64,000 nt of DNA, from positions 3,136,001 through 3,200,000 of the forward strand of contig OZ244070.1 of the NCBI GenBank assembly GCA_965215605.1, written 5' to 3'. A program made the translations under genes and the position numbers. The stretch is from an uncultured Candidatus Binatia bacterium. Its GTDB lineage: Bacteria > Desulfobacterota > Binatia > UBA9968 > JAJDTQ01. Below are positions 52,939-60,794 of this stretch, piece by piece. Position 1 is the stretch's first letter, and the number at the start of each line of letters is the position of its first letter. The notes beneath the pieces are model-generated. The model was not told where the DNA came from, did not search any database, and saw only the letters and a list, made by a program, of their open reading frames with translations.

Positions 52939-55158
52939 TTACGCGCCGGCCGACCACCGGCGGAGTTCTTCCACAAGGGTGATGCCGGGCTCATCATGCC
53001 ACTCGCGGCAAAGGCCCGCCAAGGAACGCTTGAGGGCGGGCAAGGGGTCCGCCGCGGGCGTCATCGCCGCGGTTTCCCGGCGCAGCCACTGGAGTAGCTC
53101 GTCGAGGCCGGCGAACCGGCCATTCCTCATCGCGTCTCGCAGGCGCGGCGCGGTCTCGCCGGCGAAACGCTGCTTGGCCTCCAGATCGACGATGTCGGGG
53201 AGCAGCAGCGCGGCTTCGTCCAGCGAGACGCCGATGTAGGACAGCAGCTCGTTGTAGAGGGATCGCGCCACCCGGTCCGCCCTGCCTCTTACCTCATCGA
53301 GCAGGCCGGTTCCGGCGGCCTCGAGGGGCTGTCCGTCCGGGAGGAGCTGACAGTAGAGCTTGAGCTTGGGCTCGGTGCCGGAGGGCCGGACGGTGATGAT
53401 GAAGTGGTCGGTATGGGCCTGCAGCACGTTCCGCGGCAGCCGGTCGGTGTCGCTCACGATGGGCCCGAAGCGTTCCGTATCCCGGTAGTCGATGAAGCGC
53501 CGCACCGGCTGTCCGGCCAGTTCCCGCGGCGGCGCTGCCCTGAGGCTGGCCATGATCCGGTCCTTCTTCCGGGTCCCCTCCGCTCCTGCCAGCGTGATGC
53601 CGCGGTTGACGTTGTCGTAACCGCCCAGCTCCCGGAGCATCTCGACGTAGTAGTCCAGCATGGTCCGGTCCTCGTCCAACAGCCTCTGGTAGAGGGCTGC
53701 CAGGAACATGCACGCGGGCGTGGCGTCCTTGTCCCGGATGCCGGGCGCCATGACCACGCCGTGGCTCTCCTCCGCGGCGAGCACCAGGTCTTGCGGCGAG
53801 CAGGTGATGTCCTTGTAGCGGCCGGTCCGCTCCAGGGTCTTGAGCACGTCGGCCACGTACTTGAAACCCACCAGCAGGTCGTCGATGAGCCACGAGTCGC
53901 CGGCCTCGGCCACCACCCGCCCGAGCAGGCGGGTGGTCACCAGGGTCTCCATCACCAGCCCCCGGCGCCGCGGGCCCTCCGGGTCCAGCATGAGATGGTG
54001 CCCCAGGATGGCGGCGATCTGGTTGCCGTCGAAGTGGTACCAGGAACCGTCCGCGGTCCGCGCCTCCATGCCGATGCGGTCGGCGTCCGGATCGCTGGAC
54101 AGCACGATGCCGGCGCCGTGGCGATCGGCGAACTCCCGGGCCGGCGCCGTGGCGTGGGGCACCTCCGGGTTGGGCGCCTTGAAGGGAATGGCGGCAAAGC
54201 TGCCGTCCAGCCCCTGGTCCGGGGGAATCAGCAGGGTGAAGCCGAGCCGTTCCAGCACCTCCTTCACCGTGTTCACGCCGCAGCCGCACAGAGGGGTGTA
54301 GACCACCGGCGCTTTTCCGTCCGGGGGACGGAGGTTCCCGTAGAGGCTCAGGTAGGTGTCGATGTAGGCCGCGTGGAGCTCCGGCGGCAGCGGGTGAATC
54401 ATTCCCGAGCGGAGGCCCTGCTCGAAGGGCACCGTCCGCACCTCGGTGGCCCGATCCATGGTGTCCACCAGCCGCTGGTCCTCGGGGGCGATGGGCTGGC
54501 TGCCGTAGGCGTCGTACACCTTGATGCCGTTGTCGTCCGGCGGGTTGTGGGACGCCGACACGTTGACCCCGCCCGCGGCCGCCAGTTGGACGATGAAGCA
54601 CGACAGTTCCGGAGTGCTGGTGACGGCGCGGTCGTCTTCAGGTGCGGCCAGATAAGCGACGATGCCGTTGGCCGCGTAGATCTCGCACGCCAGCCGGGCC
54701 AGGGACCGCGAGGAAACCCCCATGAGGGGATGCCGCGGACCCAGGAACCGGTACGCTCCGGCGTTGTCCGTGAAGACGCGGACGTCGTTGGCCACCACCA
54801 CGCTCAGCGGCCGTTCGGGGGACGGCCCCGTCGCGCGGGGCTCCTCCGGAGAAGTTCCGTTCAGGTAGTTCGAATGGCCCTGGGCGGTCATGGCCACCGT
54901 CGACGGGTTCATCCGGTTGGGGCCGTAGCCCATCGGCCCGCGCCGTCCGCCGGTGCCGAAGGGGAGCACCTGCCTGAAGGCGTCGAACACGAGGGGCAAG
55001 TGTTCGGCTTCGAGGTGCCGGTCGATGACCTCGGGCGCGGCATAGGGAATCTCGCCGCTCATCCACCGGCGCAGCCGCTCCGCCGCCTCCCGTCCGGACA
55101 CGCCGTAGCGGTCCTCCAGCAACGCCGACATCCGTTCCAGTCGCGCGGGGTCGGTCAT
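52939..55158 (-). CDS. Phosphohexomutase (PGM/PMM family) with C-terminal extension
   Basis: FGTGGRRG, SASHNP (phospho-Ser), DPDADR, GFKY, EESHG and RPSGTEPKLK motifs. Confidence 0.9.
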   Translation of the reverse strand: MTDPARLERMSALLEDRYGVSGREAAERLRRWMSGEIPYAAPEVIDRHLEAEHLPLVFDAFRQVLPFGTGGRRGPMGYGPNRMNPSTVAMTAQGHSNYLNGTSPEEPRATGPSPERPLSVVVANDVRVFTDNAGAYRFLGPRHPLMGVSSRSLARLACEIYAANGIVAYLAAPEDDRAVTSTPELSCFIVQLAAAGGVNVSASHNPPDDNGIKVYDAYGSQPIAPEDQRLVDTMDRATEVRTVPFEQGLRSGMIHPLPPELHAAYIDTYLSLYGNLRPPDGKAPVVYTPLCGCGVNTVKEVLERLGFTLLIPPDQGLDGSFAAIPFKAPNPEVPHATAPAREFADRHGAGIVLSSDPDADRIGMEARTADGSWYHFDGNQIAAILGHHLMLDPEGPRRRGLVMETLVTTRLLGRVVAEAGDSWLIDDLLVGFKYVADVLKTLERTGRYKDITCSPQDLVLAAEESHGVVMAPGIRDKDATPACMFLAALYQRLLDEDRTMLDYYVEMLRELGGYDNVNRGITLAGAEGTRKKDRIMASLRAAPPRELAGQPVRRFIDYRDTERFGPIVSDTDRLPRNVLQAHTDHFIITVRPSGTEPKLKLYCQLLPDGQPLEAAGTGLLDEVRGRADRVARSLYNELLSYIGVSLDEAALLLPDIVDLEAKQRFAGETAPRLRDAMRNGRFAGLDELLQWLRRETAAMTPAADPLPALKRSLAGLCREWHDEPGITLVEELRRWSAGA

Positions 55159-55181
55159 TTCGTGCGGTCCGTGTCCGGGCG

Positions 55182-55213
55182 AAAAAAAGGGCGGCCAGGA
55201 AGGCCACCCTTTT
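55182..55213 (-). terminator. Rho-independent terminator of the second ubiD
   Basis: The minus strand reads AAAAGGGTGGCC-TTCCT-GGCCGCCCTTTTTTT, about 14 nt after the stop. Confidence 0.8.
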
Positions 55214-55227
55214 GCGTCCCGTGCCGG

Positions 55228-56802
55228 TTACCGGCCGGTGCGGGCCAGCGAGTGCACCCAGCCCTGCATCCGGGACTTCGCGTTTGCGATATCCTTGTCA
55301 CTGAAGAAGTTGTTGAGGTCCACCTTCTCCACCGCGTAGACCGGGCGGAGGAAGTCGCTCTCGTAGCCGAAGGGCACGGTGGCATCGATGCCCATGCCGC
55401 CTTCGAACACGGTGTTGGAAGCCGTCCACTGCTGGTCGCCGGCGGTCATGCGCTCGGCCGGCATGAAGGTCTGGCCGCGCCCGCCGGGAATCGGGTTCAG
55501 GATGTCCGTCCTGGGATTCACCCGGGTGGTGAGACACCACATGATGTCGTCCATGTCGTAGATGTCGGTGTCCTCGCTGGCGGCCACGACCAGTCGGGAT
55601 CCCTGGGAGGTGGACAGGATGGCCGACATGAAGTTGCGCTGCCAGCCCTCCTCGATGCGGTTGCGCTTCTTCACCTGGATGATGGCGCCGCCCCAGTCGG
55701 TCATGCAGTAGGGGATGTTGACGTCCTGGATGATGCCGGGCTGCATGCGCTCGCACAGGAGGTACATGCAGGCCTCGCGCACGGTGGTGTCGATGTTGTG
55801 GTCGTCCAGGGTATGCACGCCCAGCGGGAAGATGATGGGCTTGCCCTCGCGCTTGCGCGTGGTCACCGCGGTGACGTGGAAGGTGGGCGCCTTGTAGGCC
55901 TTGCCCATGTAGCCGGCCCATTCCGGATGGAAGTGGAAACGGCCCTGGATGTCCGCCTTCTCGGACTCCTCGGTCTCGTAGCGGCGGTCGCGCGGGTTGA
56001 CGTAACCCTCCAGCACCACCTCGCAGTCGGCCAGCGCCAGGGCGTCCACGGTTTTGGCCTTGACCACCCGCACCGGCGCGCCCTGCACCGCGCCGGCCAC
56101 GCCCAGCTCGTCGCAGCCCTGGGGCAGCACCACGTAGTCGAAGCCGGCGCCCGCCAGCAGCGTGCAGGAAGGCGGAACCCCGAAGCACATGGTGATGGGA
56201 ACGGGCTTGTCTTCCTTGTAGTACTTGGACACCACCTGCCACATGTGCGATCCGGGCGAGATCTGGAAGGTGGCCACGTTGCCCCAGCGAAAATTCATGC
56301 GGTTGTAGCCGAGGTCGGTCCCGCCGTCGAAATGCTCGCCGGAGATGAGCCGGTTGCCCGAGCCCACGGTCAGTTCCGGCTCGTACTCGGTATGCCGGAT
56401 GGGCAGCATGTACTCGTTGACGTCCTTGGGGTCCTTGATGATCTCCTCGTGGACCGGCGCCTCCTCGGAGCTCACCTCCACCGGCGGAATCTGGTTCTTG
56501 ATGGCGTCGGCGAGCTTGTGGGTGCGGTCGGTGTGGCTCTCCCACCCGAACATCTTGTTGATGACGCCCATGTCGCCGAACAGGTTGGTCACCGCCCGGT
56601 GATAGGGCTTGTCCTTGACGTTGTTGAACAGGATCGGACAGCCGCCGTCGAGGTTCTTCTGGATCGCGGTGATCTCCAGGTCGGGATCGACCTCCTTGTC
56701 GGTCTCGATCAGGTCGCCTTCGGACTTGAGCCACTCCAGCGCATTGCGCAGATCGTGGATCTGCTCCGCCGGGGCCCCGAGTTTCTTTGCTGCTTTGGCC
56801 AT
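55228..56802 (-). CDS. UbiD-family decarboxylase of the phthaloyl-CoA decarboxylase (PhtDa/Pcd)-like clade
   Basis: GYNRMNFRWGNV.TFQISPGSHMWQV, HFHPEWAGYMGKAY, PYCMTDWGG, GQTFMPAER and SLARTGR match my recollection of betaproteobacterial phthaloyl-CoA decarboxylases. UbiD membership is firm; the clade call needs BLAST. Confidence 0.85.
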   Translation of the reverse strand: MAKAAKKLGAPAEQIHDLRNALEWLKSEGDLIETDKEVDPDLEITAIQKNLDGGCPILFNNVKDKPYHRAVTNLFGDMGVINKMFGWESHTDRTHKLADAIKNQIPPVEVSSEEAPVHEEIIKDPKDVNEYMLPIRHTEYEPELTVGSGNRLISGEHFDGGTDLGYNRMNFRWGNVATFQISPGSHMWQVVSKYYKEDKPVPITMCFGVPPSCTLLAGAGFDYVVLPQGCDELGVAGAVQGAPVRVVKAKTVDALALADCEVVLEGYVNPRDRRYETEESEKADIQGRFHFHPEWAGYMGKAYKAPTFHVTAVTTRKREGKPIIFPLGVHTLDDHNIDTTVREACMYLLCERMQPGIIQDVNIPYCMTDWGGAIIQVKKRNRIEEGWQRNFMSAILSTSQGSRLVVAASEDTDIYDMDDIMWCLTTRVNPRTDILNPIPGGRGQTFMPAERMTAGDQQWTASNTVFEGGMGIDATVPFGYESDFLRPVYAVEKVDLNNFFSDKDIANAKSRMQGWVHSLARTGR

Positions 56803-56856
56803 TTGCTACTCCTCTTGTGTGGTATTGCGGTGGTATTGCGGCCAACGGTTGCCGCT

Positions 56857-56949
56857 CCCTGTCCGATGGCTGCCCCCCCGGTCGTCACCGTCGCTTGCCG
56901 ATGACGGCAAACGCTTCCTCAACACTACAAAGGAACTCGTCGGACAGGG
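56857..56949 (-). ncRNA. Candidate structured cis-regulatory leader RNA (unassigned)
   Basis: A perfect 10-bp closing stem CCCUGUCCGA/UCGGACAGGG encloses three hairpins, and G-U pairs favour the transcribed (minus) strand. Confidence 0.5.
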
Positions 56950-56976
56950 TGATGCACTCACGAACGGAGTGCCACC

Positions 56977-57005
56977 ACAGTAGCCAAAGGAATTGGCCGT
57001 GTCAA
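56977..57005 (-). promoter_or_regulatory. sigma70-type promoter for the PhtDa-like ubiD
   Basis: TTGACA (57005-57000), 17-nt spacer, TACTGT (56982-56977). Confidence 0.7.
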
Positions 57006-57042
57006 CCTTTGGACGTCAAGAAAGGGCGGTTGGCGTCCTGCT

Positions 57043-58320
57043 TCACCGTGTCTCGCGGCCGGAACGCCGTTTCCACGTCATGCTCATCTGGATGCTCACG
57101 TAGGCCAGCGTATACGACAGCAGTCCCAGCATCCAGGCGTACCGGTACGAGCCCATGACGTCGTAGGCGAACCCGCCGAACCAGGGTCCGATCGTGATCC
57201 CGATACCGAAGAAGATTTCCAGGAAACCGATGATGGTTGCGACGTGCTTTCCCCAGAAAATGTCCGTGAGGGTGGCGCCGAACGTGGGGTTGGCGGCGCT
57301 GTGGCCGACGCCGTAGAGGACCGCGAATGCCACGAACCACCATCCGGAGGACCCGGCGCCCGAGGCCAAGAGCAGTCCGATGCCGCCGAGGGCCATGACA
57401 GTGGCGATGCCATAGGCACGGTCACGCCCCAGGCGGTCCGAGGCGAAACCCCAGAAAGGCGTTCCGGGAATCCGCACGAACCCCGCCAGGGCGAAGACCG
57501 TGGCGGCGGCGAGCTTGTCCAGCCCGACATGGACCAGGTGGGCGACGGTGTGGGTGTTCATGAGCGACAGGCCCATTCCGGCCGCCAGGTGGCCCAGGGC
57601 CATGGACCAGAAAGGGAACGAGCGCAGCGCCGTCGCCGGAGTCCAGTCGCGGCGGTCCGGTTGCTCTCCGCCGGGGCTCCTCGAAGCCGGGTGGGCCTCA
57701 GCGGTTGCCGCGCCGTCCGGGAGCTGCCCGATATCCTCGGGCCGCCGTCGCTGGAGCAGCGCGTTCAGCGGCACCTGCGACGCCAGCACGGCGGTCCCCA
57801 GCAGCACCATCGCGGCGCGCCAGCCGTGGCGGGTGACGAGGAACTGCACGCCGGGCACCAGCAGCGTGCCGACGCCTAGGCCCATGGCGGCGAAACCGAT
57901 GGCGGTGGCCCGGCGCCGGCGGAACCAGTGGGATAGCAGGGTGGTGGTGCCGACGAAATCGAGGCAGATGACCCCAACGCCTGCCATGAGTCCGTACCAG
58001 AGGTAGAATTGCCAGAGCGACGTGCTGTTTCCCGACAGTACGAGTCCGCCGCCGATCAAGAACCCGCCGAGGGGCATGATAATGCGCGGCCCCAACCTGT
58101 CGTAGGCCCATCCCACCAGCGGCGCCACCGCGATCACCGCGATACCGTTAACGGAGGCAATGGCGGCGGTGGCGGCCCGGGACCACGGAAACGCCTCCAG
58201 CAGCGCGACGTTGAAGACCCCGAACGACGCCCAGAGGCCCCCCACCAGCACCAGGTTCATGAAGCAGAGGGCGACGATGACGTAGCCGTAAAAGAAAGGG
58301 CGCTTGGCGTCCTGTCTCAC
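57043..58320 (-). CDS. MFS transporter (tandem paralog 2)
   Basis: About 12 TMs; GWAYDRLGPR, HWFRRRR and GFASDRLGR motifs. The GTG start overlaps the paralog 1 stop. Confidence 0.88.
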   Translation of the reverse strand: MRQDAKRPFFYGYVIVALCFMNLVLVGGLWASFGVFNVALLEAFPWSRAATAAIASVNGIAVIAVAPLVGWAYDRLGPRIIMPLGGFLIGGGLVLSGNSTSLWQFYLWYGLMAGVGVICLDFVGTTTLLSHWFRRRRATAIGFAAMGLGVGTLLVPGVQFLVTRHGWRAAMVLLGTAVLASQVPLNALLQRRRPEDIGQLPDGAATAEAHPASRSPGGEQPDRRDWTPATALRSFPFWSMALGHLAAGMGLSLMNTHTVAHLVHVGLDKLAAATVFALAGFVRIPGTPFWGFASDRLGRDRAYGIATVMALGGIGLLLASGAGSSGWWFVAFAVLYGVGHSAANPTFGATLTDIFWGKHVATIIGFLEIFFGIGITIGPWFGGFAYDVMGSYRYAWMLGLLSYTLAYVSIQMSMTWKRRSGRETR

Positions 58321-59594
58321 CGCGTCTCGTGGCCGGACCGCCGCTTCCACACCATGCATGCCTGGATGCTCAGGTAGGCCGCCGTGAAGGACGCGATTCC
58401 CACGACCCAGGCGTACTGGTAGGAGCCGTAGAGGTCATAGGCGAATCCGCCGAACGCCGACCCGAAAGCCACGCCCAGGCCGAAGGTGACCTCCAGCCAC
58501 CCGAGGATCTTGCCGACGTTCCTGCCGCCGAAGATGTCCGTGATGGTGGAGCCGAAGGTGGGGTTGCCGGCGCTGTGGCCGACGCCGTAGAGGATGGCGA
58601 ACGCCACGAACCACCAGGCCGGCGCCTCGGGGCCGAGGAGCATGAGCATGCCGATGCCCCCCAGTGTGAAAAGGGTGCCGAGACGGTAGGCGTGGTCCCG
58701 CCCAAGGCGGTCCGAGGCAAACCCCCAGATGGCCGTACCCGGAATCCGCGCCACCCCGACGAGACTGAACGCGTTGGCGGCCGACTGCTTCGCCAGCCCG
58801 GCATGGACCAGGTGCGCGACCGCGTAGGTGTACATCAGCGAAAGGCCGGTGCCGAGGGCCAGGTGCCCCATGGCGATGGCCCAGAACGGGAACGACCTGA
58901 AGGCTTCTCCGAGCGTCCAGTCTCGACGGGAATCGGGCGGTTCCGGGTGAGACGCCTCGACCACCGGAGTGATATCGGCGTCATCCGCGGAGCCGCCGTC
59001 CGGAAGTTGTCCGATGTCCTCGGGCCGGCGTCTTTGGAACGCGGCATTCAAGGGCGCCAGGGTCGCCAGCACGACGGCCCCGAGGAACGCGATGGCGGCG
59101 CGCCAGCCGTAGGCGGTGATCAGAGCCTGCACCACGGGCACCATGAGGATGCCGAACCCCAGTCCCATGGTGGCGAAACCCAGGGCCGTCCCCCGCCGCC
59201 GGCGGAACCAGTGGGATATCAGGGCGGTGCTGCTGACGAAGCCTATGCAGCCGATGCCGAGGCCCACCAGCAGGCCGTAGGAGAGGTAGAAGTGCCAGAG
59301 GGACGTGCCGGCCCCCGACAGCAGCAGGCCGCAGCCGATGAGGAGGGCTCCGATGGGCATCAGGATGCGCGGTCCGAGACGGTCGTAGGCCCAGCCCACC
59401 AGCGGCGACGAAGCGCTGTAGAAAAAGCCGTTCACCGAGGCGATGGAGCCGGTGACCGCGCGAGACCACGGAAACGTTTCCTGCAACGCGATGTAGAAGA
59501 CGCTGTAGGAGGCCAGGATTCCCCGCATCAGCACCATGTTGAGGAAACAGAGGGCGACGATGACGTAGCCGTAGAAGAAGGGGCGGCGAGCCAT
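58317..59594 (-). CDS. MFS transporter (tandem paralog 1)
   Basis: Same motifs as 57043-58320 and collinear with it throughout. Confidence 0.88.
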   Translation of the reverse strand: MARRPFFYGYVIVALCFLNMVLMRGILASYSVFYIALQETFPWSRAVTGSIASVNGFFYSASSPLVGWAYDRLGPRILMPIGALLIGCGLLLSGAGTSLWHFYLSYGLLVGLGIGCIGFVSSTALISHWFRRRRGTALGFATMGLGFGILMVPVVQALITAYGWRAAIAFLGAVVLATLAPLNAAFQRRRPEDIGQLPDGGSADDADITPVVEASHPEPPDSRRDWTLGEAFRSFPFWAIAMGHLALGTGLSLMYTYAVAHLVHAGLAKQSAANAFSLVGVARIPGTAIWGFASDRLGRDHAYRLGTLFTLGGIGMLMLLGPEAPAWWFVAFAILYGVGHSAGNPTFGSTITDIFGGRNVGKILGWLEVTFGLGVAFGSAFGGFAYDLYGSYQYAWVVGIASFTAAYLSIQACMVWKRRSGHETR

Positions 59595-59599
59595 GGGAC

Positions 59600-60532
59600 T
59601 CAGCTCTGGATGGCCGGCAGGGCCTCTTCGGCGAACCGTTGCATTTGCTCGAGGCGGTCGGGCCAGCGCGGCACCATGAACTGGAGCGCCAGGTGTTCCA
59701 CTCCCGCGGCGCGGTAGCGCGCGATGGCCTCCACGAGTTGGGCGGGGGTGCCGGCCAGACGGTCCGGCTCCTGCGTCACCGGTTCCCGCGTGACCTCGAT
59801 GGGAAGGCAGCAGTTGAGCCGCAGGCTCTCCGGTGAACGCCCGGCTTCTTCGGCGTGTCGCCGGGCGTTGTCGAACCGCGACGCCAACTCATCGGGTCCG
59901 ACGCGCACGAAGTAGGGGAACCACGCGTCGCCGTAGCGTCCGGCGCGCCGCTGGGCCCGGCGTCCTTCGCCGCCGATCCAGACCGGGATGCCCTCGGGCC
60001 GGCGGGATTTGGGCAGGAAACTGATGTCGTCGAACCGGTAGAACTCGCCGGCAAAGCTCGAATGCTCGGTGCCCAGGACTTCTCTCAGCACCTCGATCTG
60101 CTCGTCGGTCCTGCGGCCCCGGTCCCGGAAGGGCGCCTGCAGCGCCCGGAACTCCTCTTCCATCCACCCCACGCCCACGCCGAGAATGAAACGGCCCTCG
60201 GACAGGTGGTCGAGGGTGGCGGCGATCTTGCCCCAGACCAGCGGCTGACGGTAGGGCAGCACCAGCACGCTGATGCCCAGCTCGACGCGGCTGGTGCACG
60301 CTGCCAGGAACGTCAGGCAGGTGAGGGAATCCAGGAAGGGGCGGTCCGGCGGCACGATGAATGCGCCCTCGCTGGCGTAGGGGTAGGGCGTGTCGATGCG
60401 CCAGGGGATGATGATGCGGTCCGCCGCCCAGATGGAGTCGAAGCCCCAAGCCTCGGCGCTCCGGGCCGCCTGACGCAAGGTCTCGGCAGTGGCTGCGCGT
60501 CCAGAAATGGGCAGGAAGACTCCGGTTTTCGT
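59600..60532 (-). CDS. LLM-class, probably F420-dependent, oxidoreductase (Rv2161c-like) with apparent ACG start
   Basis: (T)KTGVFLP, AEAWGFDSIW, ATLDHLSEGRFILGVGVGWMEEEF and PVWIGG motifs; GGAG lies 7 nt before ACG. Confidence 0.82.
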   Translation of the reverse strand, partial: TKTGVFLPISGRAATAETLRQAARSAEAWGFDSIWAADRIIIPWRIDTPYPYASEGAFIVPPDRPFLDSLTCLTFLAACTSRVELGISVLVLPYRQPLVWGKIAATLDHLSEGRFILGVGVGWMEEEFRALQAPFRDRGRRTDEQIEVLREVLGTEHSSFAGEFYRFDDISFLPKSRRPEGIPVWIGGEGRRAQRRAGRYGDAWFPYFVRVGPDELASRFDNARRHAEEAGRSPESLRLNCCLPIEVTREPVTQEPDRLAGTPAQLVEAIARYRAAGVEHLALQFMVPRWPDRLEQMQRFAEEALPAIQS

Positions 60533-60794
60533 GGTGCGGCTCCGTTCGAAGGGAATGCGGTCGGTGTCTGCACTACTAGCCGAACAGCGGCGGGAGTGTC
60601 AAATCAGCAAGGCGTCGCACACGGGACTGTTCGAGAGGCCGGGAAGGACGGAGAGGGGTGCGGCTCTGTTTCATTCCACGGGGCGCCTCAAACCGGGACA
60701 TGCGCGTTTGAATGGACCGGCCAAGGTTGACGCAGGTGGTTCAAAGCGGCTATGGCTTTGCACGAACAACATTCACCGAGGGGAGAACACTTAT

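Noticed and set aside
57002-57046. 14-codon micro-ORF VKQDANRPFLTSKG
   Set aside because: It is better explained as the duplication-junction or 3'-flank sequence, and its stop overlaps the ubiD -35 box.
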